Source: an uncultured Chloroflexia bacterium (lineage in GTDB: Bacteria; Chloroflexota; Limnocylindria; QHBO01). Taken from it: a stretch of DNA of 64,000 nucleotides. The notes beneath the pieces were generated by a model. That model was not told the origin of the DNA and searched no databases. It saw nothing but the letters and a program-made list of their open reading frames with translations. Location of the stretch: positions 32,990-96,989 of the forward strand of contig CAWBBG010000015.1 of NCBI GenBank assembly GCA_963787025.1, given 5' to 3'. The stretch's first letter is position 1. Each line of letters begins with the position of its first letter. A program made the translations under genes and the position numbers. This document shows positions 1 through 8,441 of this stretch, one piece after another.

Positions 1-495
1 GCGATGGACGCGGGCGCGAGCACGGGCACCTTGTAGTCGCCGTGACCGTGGCCCTTCACCGCCTGGAAGTAGTCGCTCTGGGACGGGCCGATGCTCCCCA
101 GCCCGGGTCCGCCGCGCATGACGTTGACCAGGACCACGGGTGTCTCGGACCCGGCCATGTAGCTCATCGCCTCGGCCATCAGGCTGATCCCCGGGCTCGA
201 GCTGAGAGACCATCACCCGCGCGCCGGTGGCGGCGGCGCCGAGCGCCATGTTGATGGCACCCAGCTCGGATTCGGCCTGGACGAAGACGCGACCCAGCTC
301 GGGCATCCGCCGAGCCATCCACTCCAGCAGCTCGGCCTGCGGCGTGATGGGATAGCCGAAGTACGCGTCACAGCCGGCCTGGATTGCCGCCTCTGCGATC
401 GCCTCGTTGCCCTTCATGAGGACCCGGGCGCGCGGATCGCGGCCGGCGGCGTGCGGGCTGCTGCCGTTGCGGGACGGACGGACCGTGGCGGTCAT
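1..495 (-). pseudogene. 2-oxoacid:ferredoxin oxidoreductase alpha subunit (KorA/PorA-like), N-terminal part; continues beyond the window start; apparent 1-nt frameshift near 205-212
   Basis: Minus-strand translation from ATG at 495 gives [65 protein letters not shown]. The conserved continuation [57 protein letters not shown] is in a different frame. ATGA start/stop overlap with the upstream ferredoxin gene at 492-495. Confidence 0.7.
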
Positions 496-770
496 CTGCG
501 CGCCTCCTTTCGCGGTGCGGCGTAGACGGTAAAGACCGCGTCTGGGCAGATCCGGGCGCAGAACGCGCAGCTGGTGCAGGCGCCGGCATCGGTCAGCCGG
601 ATGGGGTGGTAGCCCAGGACGTTGACCATCGACTCGTCGAGCGACAGGCAGTCCTTGGGGCAGGCGCCGATGCAGAGCTCGCAGCCCTTGCATCGGTCGG
701 TGGCGATATCGAGCGGCGACCAGCTGGTTCGCCGCACATCGGTGGGAGCGCTCGGGGTGTTCACCGTCAT
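492..770 (-). CDS. 4Fe-4S dicluster ferredoxin (delta-type subunit of 2-oxoacid:ferredoxin oxidoreductase)
   Basis: Two CxxCxxCxxxCP motifs ([24 protein letters not shown]). Start taken at the internal ATG (MTVNTPS). Translationally coupled to the alpha subunit gene. Confidence 0.8.
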   Translation of the reverse strand: MTVNTPSAPTDVRRTSWSPLDIATDRCKGCELCIGACPKDCLSLDESMVNVLGYHPIRLTDAGACTSCAFCARICPDAVFTVYAAPRKEARR

Positions 771-1023
771 ACGTGGCTCTCCAGTGACGATCGCAGCGCC
801 GATCCGGGGCCGGACCGGCCCTCCCAGCGTCGGAGGCCTCCGGGCGTCGGACAAGGGCCGAACGGCCCGCGCTTGGCAGTGCACCCGGAGGTACCTGGCG
901 GTCGAAAGTCACCACCCGTAGGTCACCCCTCCGCACGGGACCACAGCGCTACTGACTGCATGCCCGTGGCGCCGTACGGTGTATCCGTCACCCGTAGAGG
1001 GAGCCGTTCCGCCGGAGCGTCCC

Positions 1024-2016
1024 ATGTCAGAACCGCTGCTGCATCGAGCCTCTTCCCGGCGCCCAATCGCGCGCGCCATGTCCCTCGCGGGCGTCACCCT
1101 GCTTACCGCCGCACTCCTGGCCTGGACGCCCGGGCTGGCCGCCGGCTGGAACCAGAGCGGCGCCGAGGCGACCCTCTGGCAGCTCATGAACGGCGACCGC
1201 GTGAACAACGGGGTCAAGCCCATCCAGCAGAACGCCACCCTCGTGACCCTTGCCCGATGGCGGAGCAAGGACATGATCGTGAACGACTACTTCAGCCACA
1301 ACATTCCGGCCTGCAACGGGTGCCTGGTCTTCCATTACTACGACACCAATGGCCTGTCGTACTCGTGGGCCGGCGAGAACATCGGCTGGAACTCCGGCTA
1401 TGCGGATGCCGATTCGCCGGTCGCCATCAACACCTCCTTCATGAACTCGACGGAGCACCGGGACAACATCCTCAACCCGGTCTGGACCCACGGCGGCATC
1501 GGCGCATACGGCGCGGACAGCGTCGTGTGGCAGGGAAAGCTGCGCAGCCCGCGCATGTACACCGAGCTCTTCATGCAGGCCAAGTCATCGGCTCCGGCAC
1601 CGACCCCCAAGCCGACGCCGGTCCCGACCCCGAAGCCGACACCGAAGCCGACCCCGAAGCCGACCCCGAAGCCGACACCGAAGCCGACCCCTCGCCCCAC
1701 CGCGCCGCCGGCCGTGCAGGTCACCCCGGCGCCGGCCAGCGCAGCTCCCACGAGCACCCCGTCGGCAACCCCGTCGGCAACCCCGTCGATGACACCGACG
1801 GCCAGTCCGGCCGTTCCGCTCGCTGCCGCCACGGTGACGTGCGCAGGCGATGAATGGCAGACGTCGGCCTCCTGGGTCCCGCGCGATCCGTATGCGCGCT
1901 GCCCGTTGGGCGCGACGGTGGTGGCCACGCAGTACCGCATCGACGCCGCGCCGCCGGCCAGCCACGGGTTCTTCGACACGGTTGTCGGGAATCTGCTCGG
2001 GTTCTTCCTGGGCTGA
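1024..2016 (+). CDS. secreted CAP/SCP (PR-1/YkwD-like) domain protein with Pro/Thr-rich linker and Cys-containing C-terminal region
   Basis: ORF 979..2016. GGAG lies 9 nt before ATG 1024. Signal-like SLAGVTLLTAALLAWTPGLAAG. CAP-type motifs SHNIP, GENIGWN, HRDNILNP. Long (TPKP)n linker. Confidence 0.7.
   Translation: MSEPLLHRASSRRPIARAMSLAGVTLLTAALLAWTPGLAAGWNQSGAEATLWQLMNGDRVNNGVKPIQQNATLVTLARWRSKDMIVNDYFSHNIPACNGCLVFHYYDTNGLSYSWAGENIGWNSGYADADSPVAINTSFMNSTEHRDNILNPVWTHGGIGAYGADSVVWQGKLRSPRMYTELFMQAKSSAPAPTPKPTPVPTPKPTPKPTPKPTPKPTPKPTPRPTAPPAVQVTPAPASAAPTSTPSATPSATPSMTPTASPAVPLAAATVTCAGDEWQTSASWVPRDPYARCPLGATVVATQYRIDAAPPASHGFFDTVVGNLLGFFLG
1600..1700 (+). repeat. in-frame tandem ~12-nt repeat (CCGAAGCCGACN) encoding a (TPKP)n linker
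   Basis: Direct reading of 1601-1700. Peptide PTPKPTPVPTPKPTPKPTPKPTPKPTPKPTPRPT. Confidence 0.85.
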
Positions 2017-2103
2017 GCGAGCTTCCGGCGCACCCGCGCCGGCACGGCAGGGCCGGATGCGCCCCGCACACGTCCCACGGATGGCTCGGCTATCCTGTGC
2101 GCG

Positions 2104-2850
2104 ATGTCGCTGATCCTCGAGGCCCGCGACCTCGTGAAGCGCTACCGGATGGGCGCTCGCGAGGTCGATGCGCTGCGCGGCGTCTCCCTTTCCGTCGCCA
2201 AGGGCGAGTTCGTGGCGATCATGGGCGCTTCCGGGTCCGGCAAGTCCACGATGCTCCACCTGTTGGGCGGTCTCGACCTGCCCACCAGCGGGGAGGTGGT
2301 GATCGACGGCGTGAACCTCACCGGACTCAGCGAGGAGCAGCGGACCCTCACCCGCCGGGCGAAGACCGGGTTCGTCTTCCAGTACTTCAACCTGATCCCG
2401 CTTCTCTCGGTCAGAGAGAACGTGGCCCTGCCGTTCCTCATTGCCGGGGACGCGGTGGCGGCCCACCGCGCGCGTGTCGACGAGCTGCTTGAGCTGGTCG
2501 GCCTCAGCACCAAGGCGGACAACAGCCCGGACCAGCTGTCTGCCGGCGAGCAGCAGCGAGTTGCCCTGGCACGGGCGCTGGCAACCGAACCCGCCCTGAT
2601 CCTCGCGGACGAGCCGACCGGCAACCTCGACTACACGACCGGGACCGAGATCCTGGACCTGCTCTGGGACTCGAGCCAACGCCTGGGCCAGACCATCGTC
2701 CTCGTGACCCATGACGCGCGAGCGGCGGCCTATGCCGATCGGGTGCTCGTGGTCCGGGACGGCCAGATGCTCGACGAGATCGCACTCGGTCGGCGCGCCG
2801 ACCATGCAGCTGCCCCGCTCATCCGACGCCTCGCCGAGCTGGGGCTGTGA
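2104..2850 (+). CDS. ABC transporter ATP-binding protein (MacB/LolD/FtsE-like)
   Basis: Walker [10 protein letters not shown], signature LSAGEQQR, Walker [14 protein letters not shown]-loop VTHD. Confidence 0.9.
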   Translation: MSLILEARDLVKRYRMGAREVDALRGVSLSVAKGEFVAIMGASGSGKSTMLHLLGGLDLPTSGEVVIDGVNLTGLSEEQRTLTRRAKTGFVFQYFNLIPLLSVRENVALPFLIAGDAVAAHRARVDELLELVGLSTKADNSPDQLSAGEQQRVALARALATEPALILADEPTGNLDYTTGTEILDLLWDSSQRLGQTIVLVTHDARAAAYADRVLVVRDGQMLDEIALGRRADHAAAPLIRRLAELGL

Positions 2851-2865
2851 CGTCACCGTGAGCGC

Positions 2866-5421
2866 ATGCGCCTGAACAATCTCGCCTGGCGCGGGCTCGC
2901 CGCCCGGCCGCTGCGTACGGCGCTCACGACGCTGGGCATCGCCCTGGGCGTCGCAATCGTCGCTGCCACCCTGGTGGCCAACCAGGCGTCCACGGACGCA
3001 GTGCGACGCGCGGCGACGGAGCTCTTCGGTCGCGCGGATCTTCGCGTCCGTGCGTTCTCGGAGACCGGGCTCACGGCCCGCGCGGTGACGACAATGCGGG
3101 GGCTCCCGGGCGTGGCCGCCGCCGCCGCGGTCAGCGAACGGCGCCTGCAGCTGACCACCCTTCCCGGGCCGGACGAACAGGTCTTCAGCGGCATGCTCGT
3201 CATCGGCATCGATCCGGCGAACGATCGCGCCGTCCGCGACCCGCACCTCGTCTCGGGGACCTTCCTCGGTGGGGACGCCGCGAACCAGGTGCTGCTCAAT
3301 GCCCACTGGGCGTCCGATCACCACCTCGGAATCGGCGACCAGCTGTTGCTCTCCGGGGCCCAGGGTAGTGCGGCGCCTCTCACCATCGTGGGACTTCTGG
3401 ACGACGTCGGGTTCGGCGCGCTGGGTTCCGGTGCCGTGGCGGTCATGCCCCGCGGGACCATCGAGGATCAGCTGGCCGGTGACAAGAGCAGCATCGTCGC
3501 CGCGCCGGTCACCTCGGTGGATCTCGTGGTGGAACCCGGTCAGCTGGCGACCGTGCAGGCCGGCCTCGACCGCTCGCTCGATGAGCCGTTCGTGGTGGAG
3601 ACGGTGGCGACCGCGACCGCGCAGCTCCAGCGGGCGCAGGAAGGCTTCGCCGGGATCGCCTTCTTCTTCGGGCTTGTGGCACTCGCCGTTGGCGGGTTCC
3701 TGGCGGCGAACACGATGAGCATGACGCTGCGTGAGCGGAGCCGCGAGATCGGCCTCTTGCGCGCGGCGGGGACCACGGCCCGCCAGATCGTGGGGATCTT
3801 CGGACGCCAGGCGCTTGCGCTGGGCCTCGCGGGCTCGGTGCTGGGCATTCTGCTGGGGATCGCCGTGGCGGCGGGGATGATCGGCTTCCTTCGCAGCACA
3901 CGCTCGGTCCTCATCGACGGGCTGCCGTTGAACCCACTCTCCCTGCTCCTGGCCCTTGGCGTTGGCCTGCTGGTCACGACCACCGCCGCGGGGGTGCCGG
4001 CACTCCTCGCCGCACGCGTCGGTCCGCTCGACGCGCTGCGACCGTCGCGGCAGCCCGGCGGCGGCCTCCGAGATCGGCTCAGATGGCTCCTGGTGCTGGA
4101 GGTGGTCCTCCTCCTCGTGGGCCTGGCGACGTACCCGCTGGCCCGGGGCAGTGCCTCGCTGCCGGCGGTCCTGCTGGCGGTGGCGGCCCTGGTGGCGGGC
4201 GCGGCCGTCGTATCGCTGGCGGTCGATCCCATCGGCCGCGTCGTAGGGCGTCCGTTCCAGTGGTTCTTCGGAGCCGAGGCGCTCCTCGGGCGAGCGAACC
4301 TGGGGCGCGACCGGGCCCGGAGCGGCCTGACCGTTGGCGCGCTCCTCATTGGCCTGGCGGCCGTGGTGGCCCTGGGAACAGTGACGGAGACGGCCCGCGG
4401 GACGGCACAGCGCTGGGTCGACTCCATCCTGCCGGGTGGCTACGGCATCCGGCTGGGCATCGCAGTCGGCGCCGCAGATATCGGCGACACGCTGAACGCG
4501 ACGGAAGGCCTGCGTGTCGCGACGCCCATCGTGGAGTTCCCAGCGATCGAGGTGAACGGCTCTCAGCGGACTGAGGCCGCGGCCGCCGGCATCGACCCGG
4601 CTGTGTATGCCGAGACCGGCGCGCTGATCTTCACCGATGGCGACCGGACGCAGGCCTTCGCCGCTCTCAACGAGGGTGGCGCCGTGCTTGTGCCGGCAGC
4701 CGTCGCGGCCCGCGACGGGCTCACGGTCGGGGACAGCATCGCGCTGGGGCTGCCCGGGGAGAACCCCACGCCGTTCCGGGTGGCCGGGGTGATCGCCTAC
4801 TCCGTCCCGTCGGCGAGTGGCGACGGCGATCTCCTCGTCAGCCTGGCGGACGCGAAAAGCGTGTTCAACGCCACCGATGCATCCCTGTGGGCGCTGGCGC
4901 CGAAGCCGGGCTTCGACGCCGCCGCCTTCCGTACCGCCGTGGCGAACACGGCCGCTGATCTCGCCGCGCAGCCCATCACCGCCGCCAACCTGGCGGGCGA
5001 TCTGGCGCGGTCGCTGGACCGGCTGGTCGGCCTCTTCGACGCCCTCGCCTTCATGTCCGTGCTCATCGCGGCGCTCGGGATCGTGAACACGCTCTCCGTG
5101 AGTGTCGTGGAACGGGTGCGCGAGATCGCGATCCTGCGCTCGCTCGGCATGACGGTGCGCCAGGTCCAGGCCATGGTCGTGGCCGAGGCAGCGATCATGG
5201 GGACGATCGGCGGCATCGCCGCGGCCGGGGTGGGACTGCTGGTTGCCTGGGCCCTCGTCTCGGTGGGTGCCGTCTCCGACTTCGGCGGCATCGCCGTTCC
5301 GTGGCTGCTGCTGGTGATCGTGGTGCTGCTGGGGACCGGCGTTGCCGCCCTGGCGGGGATATACCCGGCCCGACTCGCCGCTCGGCTGCCCATCGTCGGC
5401 AGCCTGCGGCACTTCGAATAA
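2866..5421 (+). CDS. ABC transporter permease, FtsX/MacB-type with two FtsX domains (851 aa)
   Basis: Follows the ATPase by 15 nt. Repeated motif E(R)xREIGxLRAxGxTxRQ (ERSREIGLLRAAGTTARQI and ERVREIAILRSLGMTVRQV). Multiple TM stretches. Confidence 0.85.
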   Translation: MRLNNLAWRGLAARPLRTALTTLGIALGVAIVAATLVANQASTDAVRRAATELFGRADLRVRAFSETGLTARAVTTMRGLPGVAAAAAVSERRLQLTTLPGPDEQVFSGMLVIGIDPANDRAVRDPHLVSGTFLGGDAANQVLLNAHWASDHHLGIGDQLLLSGAQGSAAPLTIVGLLDDVGFGALGSGAVAVMPRGTIEDQLAGDKSSIVAAPVTSVDLVVEPGQLATVQAGLDRSLDEPFVVETVATATAQLQRAQEGFAGIAFFFGLVALAVGGFLAANTMSMTLRERSREIGLLRAAGTTARQIVGIFGRQALALGLAGSVLGILLGIAVAAGMIGFLRSTRSVLIDGLPLNPLSLLLALGVGLLVTTTAAGVPALLAARVGPLDALRPSRQPGGGLRDRLRWLLVLEVVLLLVGLATYPLARGSASLPAVLLAVAALVAGAAVVSLAVDPIGRVVGRPFQWFFGAEALLGRANLGRDRARSGLTVGALLIGLAAVVALGTVTETARGTAQRWVDSILPGGYGIRLGIAVGAADIGDTLNATEGLRVATPIVEFPAIEVNGSQRTEAAAAGIDPAVYAETGALIFTDGDRTQAFAALNEGGAVLVPAAVAARDGLTVGDSIALGLPGENPTPFRVAGVIAYSVPSASGDGDLLVSLADAKSVFNATDASLWALAPKPGFDAAAFRTAVANTAADLAAQPITAANLAGDLARSLDRLVGLFDALAFMSVLIAALGIVNTLSVSVVERVREIAILRSLGMTVRQVQAMVVAEAAIMGTIGGIAAAGVGLLVAWALVSVGAVSDFGGIAVPWLLLVIVVLLGTGVAALAGIYPARLAARLPIVGSLRHFE

Positions 5422-5444
5422 TCGTTACGGAGACAGACACGCGC

Positions 5445-5873
5445 ATGACCACCGGACTGCGACCCGCGACCATCGGGCGGACCTTCATCGGGCGACTTCC
5501 CACGGACAGCGACCTTGTCGGCCAGATCGAGCGCTTCTGCGCCGAGGCCCACGTTGAGGCTGCCTGGGTCAACGCGGTGGGAGCCGTCCAGCATCTCGAG
5601 TACGCCTTCTACAACCAGGAGACGCTCCGCTACCAGGAGCTGCGCTCCGATCTCCACCACGAGATGGCCGGGTTCGTGGGGAACGTGTCGCTGCGCGACG
5701 GCAGACCGATGCTGCACGCCCATGCTAGCTTCGGCGACGACCAGGGCGCAACCGTGACCGGCCACATCCGCACCGGGACTGTGGTCTGGATGGTCGAGGT
5801 CGAGATCCGCGAGCTGACCGATGTCTCCCTGGTCCGTGAGCACGACGAGCGTACCGGGCTGGCCCTCTGGTAA
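5445..5873 (+). CDS. PPC (DUF296) domain protein
   Basis: Internal ATG of ORF 5301..5873. Sequence GRLPTDSDLVGQIERFCAEAHV..HLEYAFYNQE..LHAHASFGDDQGATVTGHI is typical of the PPC/DUF296 fold. Confidence 0.65.
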   Translation: MTTGLRPATIGRTFIGRLPTDSDLVGQIERFCAEAHVEAAWVNAVGAVQHLEYAFYNQETLRYQELRSDLHHEMAGFVGNVSLRDGRPMLHAHASFGDDQGATVTGHIRTGTVVWMVEVEIRELTDVSLVREHDERTGLALW

Positions 5874-5902
5874 CGGCCCGGCACGGTGTGACGTCCATCG
5901 CA

Positions 5903-5918
5903 CCAGGTGCGAACCTGG
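5903..5918 (+). terminator. weak hairpin CCAGGT-GCGA-ACCTGG downstream of the PPC gene (no U tract)
   Basis: Read directly. 6-bp stem with GNRA-like loop. Confidence 0.2.
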
Positions 5919-5957
5919 AAGCTGACGACCGTATCGGCATCTCCTCCGGCCTTGCCT

Positions 5958-6128
5958 CGCTGTGGCAGCGCTGTGCAACAATGCGTCGTCTGGTTTTCCG
6001 CTCTGTTTGAGCGTGAAGCGCGCGCCCGTAGCTCAGCGGACAGAGCGGATGGCTTCGGACCAGAAACCCGATTGCGGTGTGCCTCTCCTCGTGGGATGCC
6101 GAGCATTTCGGCCGAGTTATCCGCTGTG
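5958..6128 (+). repeat. att-like repeat copy A: upstream leader, tRNA-Arg 5' half (6022-6062) and 66-nt arm (6063-6128)
   Basis: GCGCCCGTAGCTCAGCGGACAGAGCGGATGGCTTCGGACCA followed by GAAACCCGATTGCGGTGTGCC..CATTTCGGCCGAGTTATCCGCTGTG. Confidence 0.9.
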
Positions 6129-6175
6129 TTTGCCCTCGATCTCACCCTCCGTCCCCAGGCAGCCCCAGCGCGGGG

Positions 6176-7273
6176 TCACTGGAGGGAGGAAACGATCTCG
6201 CCTGCAGCCGAGGTCTCGAGGAGACGCGAGCCAAGCAGATAGACTCGGGCCCGCCGGTCTCCAGACCCGATGAGCCAGCCGCCCGCCACGGCACGGGCCA
6301 AGTCTCTGGTCGTGCTCTGCGGGCTGCGACCAGTAAGCGCGATGTAGTCCGATGCGCGCAGGTGGCGATTGACCCAGGCGAACGCCAGGCCATCGATCAT
6401 CGACGCCGGGAGGGCGCCCTCGGAGATGGCTCGCCGGATGGCGATCATGATTTCGCCGAGCCCGCGGATCCGCGCTAGGACGAAATCGGCCGAGTTCAGA
6501 AGCGAAGTCAGGAAGTACGAGACGAACGGGGTAGCGTCATACCCAGGCTCGTACGAACGACCAACTGCCGTGCGAATCGCGGCAAAGTATGCGGTCCGGT
6601 CGAGATCCAGCTGGGCATCAAGGGAGACCAAGCCGTCGAGGCCAAAGTCATGGCGGATGAGGATGAACCGCGACACGGCGCGTGCCGTCCGGCCATTGCC
6701 GTCGTTGAATGGGTGGATTGCGACCAGCTCGAGATGGGCGAGAGCCGCCGCCACCAACGGACCGTGTCGCGTCGGAGCCGATGTCAGCCATTGGGAGTAT
6801 TCGCGCATCAGAGACGGGACATCCCCCGACGGTGGCGTGCTGAAGATGGTCCCCCCAGCGTCGTCGATAACGCGGTTTTCGCCACGTCGGTATTCGCCGG
6901 GTGTCAGGAGGGGACTCTGACCCCATAGCACGCGCCGATGAATCTCCCGAATGAAGCCTTCATCGGGTCCAATCGCTGGCTTGGCTGCGAGTTCATCGAC
7001 GAGGGCAAGGGCCTCCCGGGTCCCGATAACCTCGCGGGCCTCTCGATCGTTCAGCCGGCGTCGTTCACCGCCGGCGAGCAGAGCTTCAACTTCCACGTCG
7101 GAGAGGGTGTTGCCCTCGATTCGCGTCGTTCCGTGGATGGTCCGTACCCAGGCTCGGTTGCGAAGCCAGCTGGCGTGAGTAGGGTCGATCGGCAGGTTGC
7201 GGAACAGCCAGCGGCGCTGATCCAGGTCCTCAAGGATCCGCCTGAGGCCACGTGAACGGAGCCGATACCGCAT
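6176..7273 (-). CDS. Fic family protein (Fic motif HPFNDGNGRTAR) with N-terminal TxxxEG inhibitory-type motif and C-terminal winged-helix-like region
   Basis: ORF 6176..7381. Start placed at ATG 7273 (MRYRL), preceded by GGGAGGAG. Motifs HGTTRIEGNTL and HPFNDGNGRTAR. Confidence 0.85.
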   Translation of the reverse strand: MRYRLRSRGLRRILEDLDQRRWLFRNLPIDPTHASWLRNRAWVRTIHGTTRIEGNTLSDVEVEALLAGGERRRLNDREAREVIGTREALALVDELAAKPAIGPDEGFIREIHRRVLWGQSPLLTPGEYRRGENRVIDDAGGTIFSTPPSGDVPSLMREYSQWLTSAPTRHGPLVAAALAHLELVAIHPFNDGNGRTARAVSRFILIRHDFGLDGLVSLDAQLDLDRTAYFAAIRTAVGRSYEPGYDATPFVSYFLTSLLNSADFVLARIRGLGEIMIAIRRAISEGALPASMIDGLAFAWVNRHLRASDYIALTGRSPQSTTRDLARAVAGGWLIGSGDRRARVYLLGSRLLETSAAGEIVSSLQ

Positions 7274-7283
7274 GCGCTCCTCC

Positions 7284-7307
7284 CGGTAATTGCGGATATT
7301 ATTACCG
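7284..7307. promoter_or_regulatory. inverted repeat CGGTAAT-N10-ATTACCG in the AT-richer region upstream of Fic-1
   Basis: Read directly. Lies 11-34 nt upstream of the proposed start at 7273. Confidence 0.3.
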
Positions 7308-7370
7308 CCCACGGTAGTATTCGCAACCTTTACAGCGTTACGTTCAGACGAGACCATCCCGCTCCTCGAG

Positions 7371-7531
7371 CGCTGTGGCACAATGCGTCGTCTGGTTTTC
7401 CGCTCTGTTTGAGCGTGAAGCGCGCGCCCGTAGCTCAGCGGACAGAGCGGATGGCTTCGGACCAGAAACCCGGCCGCGGTGTGCCCACCCTCCTGCAGCG
7501 CCGACCATTTCGCGCCGAGTTATCCGCTGTG
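7371..7531 (+). repeat. att-like repeat copy B (tRNA 5' half 7424-7464, arm 7465-7531)
   Basis: Same leader and the same 41 nt as copy A. Arm variant GAAACCCGGCCGCGGTGTGCCCACCC..CCATTTCGCGCCGAGTTATCCGCTGTG. Confidence 0.9.
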
Positions 7532-7538
7532 TCCCCCG

Positions 7539-7955
7539 TCAGTCCGGGAGGAGGAGCAGGGCGTCGACATGGCGCGGTCGGAGGACACCGAAATGGCGAT
7601 GGTCGAGCGTCGCCAGCTTCGGCTCATTCAGGCGCTCGACGACTGTCAGCACAGCCGCGTCGACATAGCCAATGTCGGCATCGGCGTACCGGTCGCACAG
7701 CTCGGCGATCCGACGATGATCGTCCGCGCTTAGGTTCACGAGCCCGTACGCTCCGCTCTCGATGTCCGCGAGCAACGCGACGAGCACGCCTGGGTGAAGG
7801 CTGCGATGGATGAGGTAGTCCACTTCGACGAGCACGGGAGCCGGGATCAGGAGCGGCTCCTCGCTGCTCTCGATCAGGTGCCGACAGCGAGAATGATCGT
7901 CATCACTGCGGTCGAGGGAGGCGTACAGGGGACCGGTATCGAGGATCAGCGCCAC
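7539..7955 (-). CDS. vapC: PIN-domain toxin VapC
   Basis: GTG start overlaps the vapB end. Acidic PIN residues in LDTGP, VEVDY, IGYVDAAV and TLDHRHF. Confidence 0.85.
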   Translation of the reverse strand: MALILDTGPLYASLDRSDDDHSRCRHLIESSEEPLLIPAPVLVEVDYLIHRSLHPGVLVALLADIESGAYGLVNLSADDHRRIAELCDRYADADIGYVDAAVLTVVERLNEPKLATLDHRHFGVLRPRHVDALLLLPD

Positions 7956-8170
7956 GTGCGCGGCTCAGCCAGCTCGTCGGCCGAGCGGCGAGCGATATCG
8001 GCCTTCCCCGACGCACCCGAGCCGATGCTGCGCGGACGCGGCCGGGCAGTCGCCAGCTTCTCGTCGATGGCCTCGCGCACGATGGTGGCCATCGAGACGC
8101 CGCGTTCGGCGGCGAGCCGTCTCAGCCTTCCCCGGAGTTCGGGTGGAAGGGTAAGGGTGGTGCGCTCCAT
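7946..8170 (-). CDS. vapB: ribbon-helix-helix (CopG/VapB-type) antitoxin
   Basis: MERTTLTLPPELRGRLRRLAAERGVSMATIVREAIDEKL is a typical RHH N-terminus. 10-nt overlap with vapC. Confidence 0.8.
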   Translation of the reverse strand: MERTTLTLPPELRGRLRRLAAERGVSMATIVREAIDEKLATARPRPRSIGSGASGKADIARRSADELAEPRTWR

Positions 8171-8193
8171 GGTGCAATGATAGCAGACGATGC

Positions 8194-8210
8194 ATCACCG
8201 TACTGGTGAT
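8194..8210. promoter_or_regulatory. inverted repeat ATCACC-N5-GGTGAT upstream of vapB (candidate operator)
   Basis: Read directly. Lies 24 nt upstream of the vapB ATG. Confidence 0.35.
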
Positions 8211-8224
8211 CTGGCAGACCATAT

Positions 8225-8396
8225 CGCTGTGCGAGCGCTGTGCAACAATGCCTCGTCTGGTTTTCCGCTCGGTTTGAGCGTGAAGCGCGCGCCCGTAGCT
8301 CAGCGGACAGAGCGGATGGCTTCGGACCAGAAACCCGATTGCGGTGTGCCTCTCCTCGTGGGACGCGGAGCATTTCGGGCCGAGTTATCCGCTGTG
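8225..8396 (+). repeat. att-like repeat copy C (tRNA 5' half 8289-8329, arm 8330-8396)
   Basis: Near-identical to copy A. Confidence 0.9.
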
Positions 8397-8441
8397 TCTG
8401 CCACCTGTAGGAGCCTCCCGCGCGCGGGCCCGCCAAGCGCT

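Larger units (their letters stand above)
6063..7464 (+). mobile_element. island unit 1 (arm, Fic gene, leader plus tRNA 5' half); no integrase
   Basis: Bounded by the junctions of repeat copies A and B. Single cargo gene. Confidence 0.5.
7465..8329 (+). mobile_element. island unit 2 (arm, vapBC, leader plus tRNA 5' half); no integrase
   Basis: Bounded by the junctions of repeat copies B and C. Confidence 0.5.

Noticed and set aside
1600-1700. Short tandem repeats as a possible CRISPR or VNTR locus (also the Pro/Thr-rich stretch at about 57590-57720)
   Set aside because: The repeats are contiguous and in frame, and they encode Pro/Thr/Lys linkers inside secreted proteins. There is no repeat-spacer architecture.
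1585-5412. 1275-aa minus-strand ORF, the longest in the track
   Set aside because: It is antisense to the well-supported ABC ATPase/FtsX permease genes and to the CAP protein linker. The translation is low-complexity Arg/Gly/Pro/His-rich with no motifs. This is a typical stop-poor antisense frame in very GC-rich DNA.
6022-6062. The partial tRNA copies as split tRNA genes, or tRNA genes with a long intron
   Set aside because: No matching 3' halves were found downstream of any partial copy: there is no T arm GCGGGTTCGATTCCTGC and no acceptor 3' strand CGGGCGC. The sequence following each half is shared among copies and is not tRNA-like.
5630-6145. Peptide ..PRGEAHRNRVSGPKPSALSAELRARASRS.. conserved in five or six minus-strand ORFs (also 8122..8436, 9497..9745, 13007..13246, 24869..25150)
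   Set aside because: The conservation is simply the reverse-strand translation of the repeated tRNA-Arg 5' half and leader. The ORFs differ outside the repeat and have no start or RBS support.
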